Shown here piece by piece: positions 1 to 7,362 of a DNA stretch of 32,000 nucleotides. Under the pieces are notes generated by a model. That model was not told where the DNA came from. It saw only the letters and a program-made list of their open reading frames with translations, and did not search any database. Origin of the DNA: Candidatus Saccharimonadota bacterium. GTDB taxonomy: Bacteria > Patescibacteriota > Gracilibacteria > Absconditabacterales > Absconditicoccaceae. Location: NCBI GenBank assembly GCA_965231145.1, contig OZ246420.1, forward strand, positions 1,020,001 through 1,052,000, written 5' to 3'. The position numbers and the translations under genes were made by a program. Each line of letters opens with the position of its first letter. The stretch's first letter is position 1.

Positions 1-583
1 CGTCAGCTGGAAGTTGCATTTCAGATACGTCTGGAAGGTCAAGAACTTCTATGCTCTTATCTCCCTTGCTGATCTTTAACCATGCAATTTTGCTATCTGC
101 ATTGTCAAATGCTCCTTGGTAAAGAGCGCTTGATGCTGCTTTATCTCTTACCTTGATAACATCTCCTGGTTCTACGTAGTATGATGGCACATTATGCTTC
201 TGCCCGTTGAGAGAAAAGTGTCCATGTACAACCATTTGTCTTGCTTGCATGATAGTTTTTGCAAGTCCAGCTCTTACAAGTACGCTGTCCATTCTTCTTT
301 CAAGGAACTGTACAAGTGCCTTATCATGATTTGTACCTTTATTTTTAGCATATCTGAGAGACGTTACAGAAACGAGCTTTCTGAACTGTTTTTCAGCCAT
401 AAAGTACATTCTCTTAAGCACCTGCTTATTTCTCAGCATTTTACCGTACTCAGAAAGTCTTGGCATATTCGCGCCATGCTGACCAGGTACTCCTCTTCTT
501 TTCTTCACGTCATATTTTGGCACGCCGAAAAGATTGATTCCTTCTCTTCTTGCTAATTTAAATTTAGGTCCTGTATATTTCAT
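1..583 (-). CDS. rpsD: 30S ribosomal protein S4 (C-terminal end runs off the window)
   Basis: Reverse translation from ATG at 583 gives MKYTGPKFKLARREGINLFGVPKYDVKKRRGVPGQHG...VVHGHFSLNGQKHNVPSYYVEPGDVIKV, typical S4. No in-frame TGA. Follows rpsK as in the alpha operon. Track ORF 194..556(+) is its antisense shadow. Confidence 0.9.
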   Translation of the reverse strand, partial: MKYTGPKFKLARREGINLFGVPKYDVKKRRGVPGQHGANMPRLSEYGKMLRNKQVLKRMYFMAEKQFRKLVSVTSLRYAKNKGTNHDKALVQFLERRMDSVLVRAGLAKTIMQARQMVVHGHFSLNGQKHNVPSYYVEPGDVIKVRDKAASSALYQGAFDNADSKIAWLKISKGDKSIEVLDLPDVSEMQLPAD

Positions 584-631
584 GTGTAAATACGTAGCAT
601 TATAAATAATAAAACAGCTATCCTATATTTA

Positions 632-1033
632 TTACATTCTCTTTGGTCTGATTCCCTTACATCCCCCGAACTGGATAGATGTTTCTTCCTTGATATACAG
701 GATATCAATAAGTCCAAGGTCATTGATGGCTTTGAAAACCCCATCTCTTCCCATACCAGCACCTCTGAAGATGATACCAACCTGTTTGAGTCCTCTGTCA
801 TCTCTTGCTTCTTTCATCACATTTTTTGTGAGCATCTCTGCAGCGTATGGAGTGTTTTCTTTTGCTCCCTTAAACCCCGCACTTCCTGTACCAGCTCCTG
901 AAATCTTATTACCCTTCTCATCAGTCAGCGTAACGATAGTGTTGTTTTCAGTTGTTTTTACGTAAAGCAAACCAGAAGAGATCTTCGTCCCCTTCTTTTT
1001 CTTTACTTTTTCTTTTACTGGTGTTGTTGCCAT
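632..1033 (-). CDS. rpsK: 30S ribosomal protein S11
   Basis: Track ORF intact (133 aa). It carries GLLYVKTTENNTIVTLTDEKGN...GFKGAKENTPYAA...GRDGVFKAINDLGL...DETSIQFGGCKG..RPKR, the S11 signature. Lies between rpsM and rpsD. Confidence 0.93.
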   Translation of the reverse strand: MATTPVKEKVKKKKGTKISSGLLYVKTTENNTIVTLTDEKGNKISGAGTGSAGFKGAKENTPYAAEMLTKNVMKEARDDRGLKQVGIIFRGAGMGRDGVFKAINDLGLIDILYIKEETSIQFGGCKGIRPKRM

Positions 1034-1076
1034 CTACATTAAACAATGGAATTAAAAAACATTTATAGAGCAGTTC

Positions 1077-1140
1077 GATATTGAATATTAGAGGTTAGCA
1101 TTGCAATATTGCCAATATCTAATATCTATAATCTAATTGC
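1077..1140. repeat. Intergenic AT-rich array of short words (AATATT / TCTAATA-TCTATAA-TCTAATT)
   Basis: Between the rpsM stop and the rpsK start. Right half reads as three tandem 7-mers (tctaata tctataa tctaatt). Left half carries gatattg aatatta. Confidence 0.4.
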
Positions 1141-1150
1141 TGAGTATGTA

Positions 1151-1525
1151 TTATTTCTTGAGAACTGGTCTTACCTTTGCTCTACCAAGAAGTTTCTTTG
1201 CTGTACGTCCATTTTTCCTTGTTGCCTGACCTCTTACAGGGAGACCCATATTGTGTCTCATTCCTCTGTAGCACTTAATTTCCTTCAATCTTTTGATGAA
1301 AGCATTTACTTCACGCTTCAAATCATTTTCCAAAAGATAATCTTTGAGTGCATCAGTGATCTTCTTCTCTTCCTCCGATGAAATTTCTTTCACCTTCTTA
1401 AAAGGATCAATACCAAGCTCTCCAAGAATCTTCTGAGATCTTGATCTTCCGATACCATAGACAGCCGTAAGACCTATCCAAATATTTTTCTGCTCTGGGA
1501 TGACGTGTCCTTGAATTCTTAACAT
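1151..1525 (-). CDS. rpsM: 30S ribosomal protein S13
   Basis: MLRIQGHVIPEQKNIWIGLTAVYGIGRSRSQKIL...YRGMRHNMGLPVRGQATRKNGRT. Start taken at the internal ATG (1525) that matches the usual MARIAGV.IP N-terminus, not the longer track ORF. Confidence 0.9.
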   Translation of the reverse strand: MLRIQGHVIPEQKNIWIGLTAVYGIGRSRSQKILGELGIDPFKKVKEISSEEEKKITDALKDYLLENDLKREVNAFIKRLKEIKCYRGMRHNMGLPVRGQATRKNGRTAKKLLGRAKVRPVLKK

Positions 1526-1556
1526 AATGGAAGTTGTATGAATATAAATAAACATA

Positions 1557-1615
1557 ATTACAAATTACCAATCTCTCATTACTAATTTCATAGTAATTAA
1601 TAATTAGTAATTAGG
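1557..1615. repeat. Intergenic inverted array of 7-nt words (ATTACNN x3-4, spacer, (T)AGTAAT x3)
   Basis: Sequence attacaa attacca atctctc attacta atttcat agtaatt aataatt agtaatt agg. The right words are reverse complements of the left words, giving an imperfect hairpin between the rpmJ stop and the rpsM start. Confidence 0.5.
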
Positions 1616-1619
1616 TTTG

Positions 1620-1733
1620 TTACCCCTGTCTTTGCTTATGTTTTACATTTTCACAAATGACGCGGACAGTTCCTTTTCTCTTGATGATTTTGCATTTGTT
1701 ACAAATGGCTTTGATAGATGCTCTTACTTTCAT
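1620..1733 (-). CDS. rpmJ: 50S ribosomal protein L36
   Basis: Hand translation gives [37 protein letters not shown] then TAA. Canonical L36 with the zinc-ribbon Cys/His pattern. Too short for the ORF track. Confidence 0.92.
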   Translation of the reverse strand: MKVRASIKAICNKCKIIKRKGTVRVICENVKHKQRQG

Positions 1734-1773
1734 CGTAGAACGAATATGATTTAGGTAAATAGAGTCTGAAGTA

Positions 1774-2088
1774 TTATGCTGCTTTTCTCAGTCACGGATC
1801 TGGAGCAAGAGGAATTGTTTTTCCTTGCACACCAGCATCTGTTTGAGCGGCAGGTCTTGGTTTATCTTTACTATGTCTGTAGATGATACGTCACTTAGTA
1901 GGTTCGTAGGGACTGAGCTCTACATCAACACTATCACCTGGAAGGATACCGATTCTATGATTTCTCATCTTTCCTGCAGCCACGGCATTGACGTCGAGTC
2001 AAAGCTCATGAATTCTTACAGTGTATCCACCCGGTCAAAGGTTTGCCATAACCTCACCCTGCATTACCATACCTTGGTCTTTAGCCAT
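1774..2088 (-). CDS. infA: Translation initiation factor IF-1 with ~30-aa C-terminal extension
   Basis: [17 protein letters not shown](G)[11 protein letters not shown](G)[35 protein letters not shown](G)RIIYRH..., where (G) marks TGA. The conserved K-G-R-I motif needs TGA=Gly. The first TAA/TAG comes only after a further [26 protein letters not shown](G)LRKAA. The ATG overlaps the rplU stop by 8 nt. Confidence 0.85.
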
Positions 2089-2401
2089 TCAGCACAACAT
2101 CTTTAATAACTAAAGTAGTCTGCAGTGGCCTGAAACCCTTATTTCTTTCATATCTATTCTTTCTCTTAAACTTCAATACATTGATCTTTTCTCACTTTCC
2201 TGATCCGACCACGTCTGCAGTAATCTTCACGTTTGTAAGCGTAGGTGCCCCTACCTGAACTTGCTGACCCTGCTCATCAAAGAGAGCAAGCACCACAAAA
2301 TCAGAAAATACCTTTTTATCTGTATCAATAAAATCAACAACAAGTTCTGTTCCTGCCTGTACGATATACTGATGTCACTGTAGTTGTACAACTGCTAACA
2401 T
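2081..2401 (-). CDS. rplU: 50S ribosomal protein L21
   Basis: MLAVVQLQ(G)HQYIVQAGTEL...VVGSGK(G)EKINVLKFKRKNRYERNKGFRPLQTTLVIKDV matches the L21 pattern (SGGKQ..V ... GRGEKV.V.KF.RRK.Y....GHRQ..T...I). Two TGA codons fall at Gly positions. Confidence 0.85.
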
Positions 2402-2430
2402 AGTTTCTAGGGATATGTTAATATGATAAA

Positions 2431-2694
2431 TTAGACAATCTTACCAAGCTGAGCAAGAGTATTGTACTTAGACTTATTTCTCTTGTACGCATGAGAAACC
2501 AACGCTCTAAGTCTTTTATATCTTCTTGCACTTGGGAACTTATATTCGATAAATTTTCTATACCACTTTGTTCCATAGTGCTTCTGCTTCTTTGCTTTAT
2601 CGAGGATGTGAGAAGACCAAAGCTCTTTTTTATAGAAAGCGATAAGTCTTTCATTTGTATTGAGATCTCATGTTCTATATACGGTAAAACCCAT
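2431..2694 (-). CDS. Small basic protein (87 aa), possibly S21-like
   Basis: MGFTVYRT(G)DLNTNERLIAFYKKELWSSHILDKAKKQKHYGTKWYRKFIEYKFPSARRYKRLRALVSHAYKRNKSKYNTLAQLGKIV. Lys/Arg-rich and embedded in the ribosomal cluster. Only a loose pattern resemblance to S21. The track ORFs here (2418..2654-, 2491..2715+) are in other frames. Confidence 0.35.
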
Positions 2695-2727
2695 GATAAT
2701 ATGATAACTAGATGATTAAAAGCAATG

Positions 2728-2814
2728 TGGTGCCTGGAACCGGAATCGAACCGGTACGGGGTTAAATCCGGCGGATTTTAAGTCCGCTGCGTCTACCAAT
2801 TCCGCCATCCAGGC
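2728..2814 (-). tRNA. tRNA-Leu (anticodon UAA), long variable arm, CCA encoded
   Basis: Reverse complement is GCCTGGATGGCGGAATTGGTAGACGCAGCGGACTTAAAATCCGCCGGATTTAACCCCGTACCGGTTCGATTCCGGTTCCAGGCACCA. Acceptor pairs GCCTGGA/TCCAGGC. Anticodon loop is CT-TAA-AA. Confidence 0.9.
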
Positions 2815-2857
2815 ATGGACGTACTCGGTCTATGACCGAGGTTGGAGACCATATCTA

Positions 2858-3205
2858 CTATGCTACAACCGCATCGTAGATTTTATCAAAAACTTGTGGA
2901 TACGCTACAGCGATATTTGAAAGTACTTTTCTGTTGAGCACGATACCCTTTTTAGTCATCTTACCCATAAACACACTGTACTTTTCTCCTTTAGCCGTAA
3001 GAGCAGCATTTATTCTCTCAATCCAAAGTTGTCTCATATCTCTTTTCATCAACTTTCTTGAGTCATATGCATGCTGACCCTGCTTTACGAGCGCGAGTCT
3101 TACCTGCTTGTAGAGATTTCCTCTTCCGAGTCTAAATCCAGACGCACGGTCGATATATTTCTTATGTCTTGCGTGTCTTTGTAAACCGTTTGATACTCTT
3201 ACCAT
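2858..3205 (-). CDS. rplT: 50S ribosomal protein L20
   Basis: Track ORF intact: MVRVSNGLQRHARHKKYIDRASGFRLGRGNLYKQVRLALVKQGQHAYDSRKLMKRDMRQLWIERINAA... Last gene of the canonical infC-rpmI-rplT order. Confidence 0.93.
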   Translation of the reverse strand: MVRVSNGLQRHARHKKYIDRASGFRLGRGNLYKQVRLALVKQGQHAYDSRKLMKRDMRQLWIERINAALTAKGEKYSVFMGKMTKKGIVLNRKVLSNIAVAYPQVFDKIYDAVVA

Positions 3206-3207
3206 TG

Positions 3208-3411
3208 TTACCTTACACTATAAGGAAGTAAATTTTTGATTCTGCTTTGCTGTGTGTCAGAAAGCACTCTACCAGTCTTTGACTGTTTTGTTGCTCTTCC
3301 TTTGTTTGTCAGCAAGTGACTTTTCTCTGCCTTATCATGAACGTACTTATTGTTTTTCGTTACTCTGATTCTTTTGGCAGTTCATTTGTGTGTCTTAAGC
3401 TTTCCAGCCAT
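3208..3411 (-). CDS. rpmI: 50S ribosomal protein L35
   Basis: MAGKLKTHK(G)TAKRIRVTKNNKYVHDKAEKSHLLTNKGRATKQSK...RIKNLLPYSVR. The conserved K-T-H-K-G-x-A-K-R motif needs TGA=Gly. The stop lies 3 nt before the rplT start. Confidence 0.88.
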
Positions 3412-3470
3412 TCTCGTTATTTACCCTTAGGGAATAAAACCATACTATATCCATTGTTTTCTTCTTTCAC

Positions 3471-4124
3471 TCATTGCGATCTACTCTGATCCTTGAGTGT
3501 TTCTTCTATATGATGTAATTTTTCTACCACTTTTGATGCATAGATCTTCTCTCTTCCTTTGAGTCTCACAGCATATCTTACACTGTAGCCATCATCGAGG
3601 AATTCAAGTGATTTCTTTATCTTCAACTGCAAATCGTTGTCCCCTATCGTATATCCAAACTTAATCTCTTTCATACCTTTCGACTTCTGCGTTTTCTTCT
3701 TATCTTTTTCTTCTTTCTGCTTGTTATACATGTATTTCCCATAATCCACCATCTTCGCCGTACAGACCATTTCAACAGGATTATATGCTATTTGCACAAG
3801 ATCCAATCACTGCTCTGAAGCCATACGAAGCGCATCATCTCTGGCAAATGTTCCGAGATTCACACCCTCTTCATCGACAATAACGATGCGAGGCGCTTTG
3901 ATCATCTCATTGGTAAACACTTGTCTTGGTTGATTTCACTGCGGACGAGGTCATGCAGCAGGACGTGGCGCCATTGCTGGACGCACTCCTGTACCACCTG
4001 TAGGCGCACTACCTGGACGAGGTCATTGGAACTGTCCCGGGGGTCTTACTCCACCTGGTCTTGGTCACTGTGGTCTATTTTGTCCAAATGAAGGACGAGG
4101 AGAAGAAGGTCTTCCGTCTACCAT
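3471..4124 (-). CDS. infC: Translation initiation factor IF-3 with ~75-aa Pro/Gly-rich N-terminal extension
   Basis: Track ORF 3471..3806 is the C-terminal part (DLVQIAYNP...MDYGKYMYNKQK...KEIKFGYTIGDNDLQLKIKK...). Reading through TGA adds NEMIKAPRIVIVDEEGVNLGTFARDDALRMASEQ(G)LDLVQI, a conserved G-L-D-L-V. Further upstream is MVDGRPSSPRPSFGQNRPQ(G)PRPGGVRPPGQFQ(G)PRPG... back to ATG 4124. That stretch is visibly GC-richer than the intergenic DNA. Confidence 0.8.
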
Positions 4125-4164
4125 AGAGCTCGAGGAACATTAAAAGGTAATACATTTCGTTTCA

Positions 4165-4238
4165 CACTCCCAGCGGGATTCGAACCCGCGATCTCCACCG
4201 TGAGAGGGTGGCATCCTAGGCCGCTAGACGATGAGAGC
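4165..4238 (-). tRNA. tRNA-Glu (anticodon CUC)
   Basis: Reverse complement is GCTCTCATCGTCTAGCGGCCTAGGATGCCACCCTCTCACGGTGGAGATCGCGGGTTCGAATCCCGCTGGGAGTG. Architecture parallels E. coli tRNA-Glu. Anticodon loop is CT-CTC-AC. No encoded CCA. Confidence 0.85.
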
Positions 4239-4245
4239 ATAAATT

Positions 4246-4323
4246 CAGTTTGTAAAGTTATAAAGTTCTTAAAGTTAAAATACCTTATTCGTTTCAACTT
4301 TCTACTTTATCAACTTTTAACTG
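4246..4323. repeat. Family A palindromic intergenic repeat, copy 1 (AAAGTT / AACTTT words)
   Basis: cagtttgtaaagttataaagttcttaaagttaaaata...gtttcaactttctactttatcaacttttaactg. The two arms are imperfect reverse complements. Right arm is near-identical to copy 4 (8294..8376). The whole copy is the reverse complement of copies 2 and 3. Confidence 0.75.
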
Positions 4324-4328
4324 TTTTA

Positions 4329-4404
4329 TGGCGCCCTAGCATGGACTCGAACCATGAACCTACAGCTTAGAAGGCTGTTGCTCTATCCATTGAGCTACTA
4401 GAGC
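4329..4404 (-). tRNA. tRNA-Arg (anticodon UCU), CCA encoded
   Basis: Reverse complement is GCTCTAGTAGCTCAATGGATAGAGCAACAGCCTTCTAAGCTGTAGGTTCATGGTTCGAGTCCATGCTAGGGCGCCA. Anticodon loop is CT-TCT-AA. Confidence 0.9.
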
Positions 4405-4757
4405 ATAATAATGCTTGGCACATAATACAAATAACAAAGAAAAATAGACACAAGCTATTTGTGTTATTTTTAAGGCATTGTATTATTATCTTTAAAGATC
4501 GGTTCTTCAGTCATCAGCATATACAACTGATGTGCCGCCTATACACATGGATAGTACCGACTAGCTACTGAAGTCATATCGAGCAATAGTTTTTGCTCAG
4601 TAGGGAAAATATACGAATGTCCAGTATGATTGCAAGAGCATTTCAATGTAATTGAATTTCACCCCCCTTTCTATAAGGTGTCAAACAGTGCTCACATTGC
4701 ACAAAAAATTGATCATTAACAATATTATTCACACAAAACAAAAACATATATTGTAAT

Positions 4758-5843
4758 ATGGAAACAACAGCCACAGCCGACAATGTCGGCAAAATCACAT
4801 TTACTCCTCCCCCGAAAGACGGACTGAGTAAAACCCTCAAAAAGAGAGTGGATGAGTACTTTACCCAAAACAACCTCAGCAAAAAAGGAGACTGGAGGCT
4901 CTACAGCAAGACTATTATCCTTTTTACACTCCTCATCGCAAGCTTCATTGTAGCTCCCCTCGCTACAGAATGGCGGGCAGTATGCCTCCATTATGTATTC
5001 AGAGGGCTCATAGTTGCTGGCATCGGCTTCTGCGTCATGCATGACGCCTCGCATGGATGTTACTGCGCAAACAAGTCTCTGGAAAAACTCGTACTTTTCC
5101 TTGGAGGCGACGCCATGGGTCTAAGCACATTCGTATGGGATATCAAGCATGTACAGGTACACCATACCTATACCAACATTGAAGGACATGACGATGATAT
5201 AGCACAGGGAAGCATATTAAGGATGAACACCCAGCAACCCAAAAAGCCGTGGCACAAGTACCAACACATCTATGCAGTAGGTCTTTACACTCTCCTATCC
5301 ATCTCCTGGATCATTAAAGACTTCGTAAGAATCTTTAAAACAAAAATGGTGATGCACAAGAAGATAAAGATGGACCGAAAGGAAATTTTATTATTCCTCT
5401 CTGGCAAAGCATTGTGCATTTTACTGTTCTTGGTAATACCACTGCTCGTTTCTCATACGTGGCAGCATGCTTTAGTTGGTTTTTTGCTTATGCATGCCGT
5501 ATTGGGACTGACTCTTTCGTTAGTCTTTCAAGGTGCACATGTCGTTGAGGAAACTGATTTTCCTGAGCCTCCTACCATGGAGGAATGGATGATACATCAA
5601 TTAGCGACTACGGCTGATTTTGATCAAAAGAACAAAGCGCTATCATGGTATGTTGGAGGTCTGAACTTCCAAATAGAACACCACCTCTTTCCCAACACAT
5701 CTCACATCCACTATCCTAAGATAGCGAGAATAGTGCAAGATGTCTGCAAAGAGTACAACACGAATTACATCGTATTTCCCAATTCCAGAACGATGCTAAA
5801 GTCACACTTTAGCTTACTTCGGAAGGTAGGCAACGCAGAATAA
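4758..5843 (+). CDS. Membrane fatty-acid desaturase (three His-box, front-end/acyl-lipid type, no cytochrome b5 domain)
   Basis: Track ORF intact (361 aa). His boxes are HDASH, HVQVHH and QIEHHLFP, with four or more hydrophobic spans between them. No in-frame TGA. Visibly GC-richer than its neighbours. Confidence 0.85.
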   Translation: METTATADNVGKITFTPPPKDGLSKTLKKRVDEYFTQNNLSKKGDWRLYSKTIILFTLLIASFIVAPLATEWRAVCLHYVFRGLIVAGIGFCVMHDASHGCYCANKSLEKLVLFLGGDAMGLSTFVWDIKHVQVHHTYTNIEGHDDDIAQGSILRMNTQQPKKPWHKYQHIYAVGLYTLLSISWIIKDFVRIFKTKMVMHKKIKMDRKEILLFLSGKALCILLFLVIPLLVSHTWQHALVGFLLMHAVLGLTLSLVFQGAHVVEETDFPEPPTMEEWMIHQLATTADFDQKNKALSWYVGGLNFQIEHHLFPNTSHIHYPKIARIVQDVCKEYNTNYIVFPNSRTMLKSHFSLLRKVGNAE

Positions 5844-5869
5844 TGCATTCATTATGGCGCAACAATTAC

Positions 5870-5897
5870 ATCCTGGGATTTTCCCGGGATTTTTTTG
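5870..5897 (+). terminator. Rho-independent terminator after the desaturase
   Basis: atcctggg-atttt-cccgggat followed by ttttttg. The stem is 8 bp (one G:U) and GC-rich, unlike the AT-rich word hairpins elsewhere in the window. Confidence 0.7.
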
Positions 5898-5960
5898 TTG
5901 CAAAAAAATCACTATCCGAAGATAATGATTTTGAGTACTATGTAGTTTATTATAAAGGCT

Positions 5961-6602
5961 CTATAGATCTTTCTGAGAAATAGGCTGAACAGAATATTTA
6001 TCTAATACTCCACTAAACAAGTAGTGAGCGAGCTCTACATCTCATTCACGCTCTGCATTTCGAGTTGAATCAGACTCAGGGTCGTATTTTCAGGGATGAA
6101 GTACTATTTCATAGCTTTTGCCTTCCTCTAAAGAACTAAGCCAATCCTCTATTTCTGCATGAGTCTTTTTGTATGAGATATATCTAATTTCATCCGTATG
6201 CTTTTGAGAAAGCTCTTTATCTCAACGATTTCTCAAAGCAATGTGTAATTCATCTGCCTTCTCTCTGAGAAGTCTTTTTCATTCTTCATTATGTAGGTCT
6301 TTATGAACATCCAAATGTGTTGGCTGTTGTCAAAATATAGAAAGAAATTTATCTAGTTGATCATTAATAATATTCTTGGTATTTTCATCTTCAGAGTCAA
6401 AGATAAGATGCAATCACAAGCTTATGTTTTTTCCTTTACACGCCTCTTTTAATGCTTTTACATCTTCTGCCTGGTTTTCAATTCCTCTTTTTACCATGAT
6501 CGAAATTCCTGTTAATTTATTTTGTTCACACAACAAAACTATTTCATGATTGAATATTTTACTTGTTCCGAAATCATCAGCATCAATAACTAATTTCTTC
6601 AT
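5961..6602 (-). CDS. YdjC/ChbG-family carbohydrate deacetylase-like protein
   Basis: MKKLVIDADDFGTSKIFNHEIVLL... (ADDFG motif). Reading through six TGA gives ...(G)LHLIFD...QQPTHLDVHKDLH...VLHP(G)KYDPESDSTRNAERE(G)DVELAHY..., ending at TAG 5961. The HPG motif needs TGA=Gly. Confidence 0.6.
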
Positions 6603-6692
6603 CTATGATCTAGAGTGATAAATACAACCAGTATAAAAGATTTCTTTTCTCAAACAATAAAAAAAATGCCTACCCGTAAGCAGACAAATTTT

Positions 6693-6766
6693 TGGACCTT
6701 AGGGGAGTCGAACCCCTCACCTCCTCGGTGCAAACGAGGCGCTCTAGCCAAATGAGCTAAAGGCCC
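6693..6766 (-). tRNA. tRNA-Ala (anticodon UGC)
   Basis: Reverse complement is GGGCCTTTAGCTCATTTGGCTAGAGCGCCTCGTTTGCACCGAGGAGGTGAGGGGTTCGACTCCCCTAAGGTCCA. The G3:U70 alanine identity pair is present. Anticodon loop is TT-TGC-AC. Confidence 0.9.
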
Positions 6767-6772
6767 ATAGAT

Positions 6773-6838
6773 GAGTTGAAAGTTTCTAAAGTAGAAAGTT
6801 GAAACAAATGAAGTTTTAACTTTACGAACTTTATAAAC
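6773..6838. repeat. Family A repeat, copy 2 (inverted relative to copy 1)
   Basis: gagttgaaagtttctaaagtagaaagttgaaacaaatgaagttttaactttacgaactttataaac. About 90% identical to copy 3. Aligns to the reverse complement of copy 1 (shared aaagtagaaagttgaaac and ttttaacttta.gaactttataac). Confidence 0.8.
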
Positions 6839-6848
6839 TAATTTGATT

Positions 6849-6931
6849 TGGGAAGGGAAGGATTTGAACCTTCGTAGGGTTGCCCCGAGGGATTTACAGT
6901 CCCTTGCAATTGACCGCTCTGCCACCTGCCC
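6849..6931 (-). tRNA. tRNA-Tyr (anticodon GUA), long variable arm
   Basis: Reverse complement is GGGCAGGTGGCAGAGCGGTCAATTGCAAGGGACTGTAAATCCCTCGGGGCAACCCTACGAAGGTTCAAATCCTTCCCTTCCCA. Anticodon loop is CT-GTA-AA. Confidence 0.88.
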
Positions 6932-6939
6932 ATTAAAAT

Positions 6940-7015
6940 GAGTTGAAAGTTTCTAAAGTAGAAAGTCTAACAAAATGAAGTTTTAACTTTACGAACTTTA
7001 TAACTTTATGAACTG
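6940..7015. repeat. Family A repeat, copy 3
   Basis: gagttgaaagtttctaaagtagaaagtctaacaaaatgaagttttaactttacgaactttataactttatgaactg. Direct repeat of copy 2, sitting immediately upstream of the next tRNA on the reverse strand. Confidence 0.8.
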
Positions 7016-7018
7016 TGT

Positions 7019-7246
7019 TTAGTTGATCCTAAGACCTGTTGGATCTGGTTTGACAAACTGAGCGCCAAACATGATCATCACGCCAAGGACGATGAAGATA
7101 AACCCAAGACCCATGCATGCTTGTCTTGTTCCTCCGATATGACTTTCTGCTCGTTCCCATCTTCCCATTATTTTGGCAAGAGGCGCAGAAAAACCTATAA
7201 GAGCAACTCCTATACCTGCTATAAATAAACCTGCGAGAACACCCAT
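7019..7246 (-). CDS. Small hypothetical membrane protein (75 aa, two hydrophobic spans)
   Basis: Track ORF MGVLAGLFIAGIGVALIGFSAPLAKIMGRWERAESHIGGTRQACMGLGFIFIVLGVMIMFGAQFVKPDPTGLRIN. No family recognised. Confidence 0.4.
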   Translation of the reverse strand: MGVLAGLFIAGIGVALIGFSAPLAKIMGRWERAESHIGGTRQACMGLGFIFIVLGVMIMFGAQFVKPDPTGLRIN

Positions 7247-7288
7247 ATTGAAGAGATAAACGCAAAGTAAAACAAGGTACAGTCAATT

Positions 7289-7362
7289 AGCGAGCAACGG
7301 GACTTGAACCCGTACAGGCAGAGCTGAATTCTGCCATGCTACACCAATTACATCATGCCCGC
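7289..7362 (-). tRNA. tRNA-Gly (anticodon UCA), the UGA decoder
   Basis: Reverse complement is GCGGGCA-TG-ATGT-AATTGGTGTA-GCAT-G-GCAGA-ATTCAGC-TCTGC-CTGT-ACGGG-TTCAAGT-CCCGT-TGCTCGC-T. Anticodon loop is A-T-TCA-G-C. Acceptor pairs are G1:C72, C2:G71 and G3:C70, with discriminator U73, which are the glycine identity elements. Confidence 0.85.

Noticed and set aside
194-556. Track ORF of 120 aa on the + strand
   Set aside because: It is the antisense shadow of rpsD. The reverse strand encodes an unmistakable S4, and the + frame peptide has no recognisable features.
690-965. Track ORF of 91 aa on the + strand
   Set aside because: Antisense to rpsK (S11), which is intact and conserved on the reverse strand.
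4165-4238. The anticodon loop CTCTCAC contains TCA, so this tRNA might have been the UGA decoder
   Set aside because: With the standard 7-nt loop register (positions 34-36) the anticodon is CTC. The whole molecule parallels tRNA-Glu. The genuine UCA anticodon tRNA is at 7289..7362.
4643-5054. Two reverse-strand track ORFs (79 and 109 aa) overlapping the desaturase 5' region
   Set aside because: They overlap a 361-aa forward ORF with all three desaturase His boxes. Their peptides are low-complexity with no family features.
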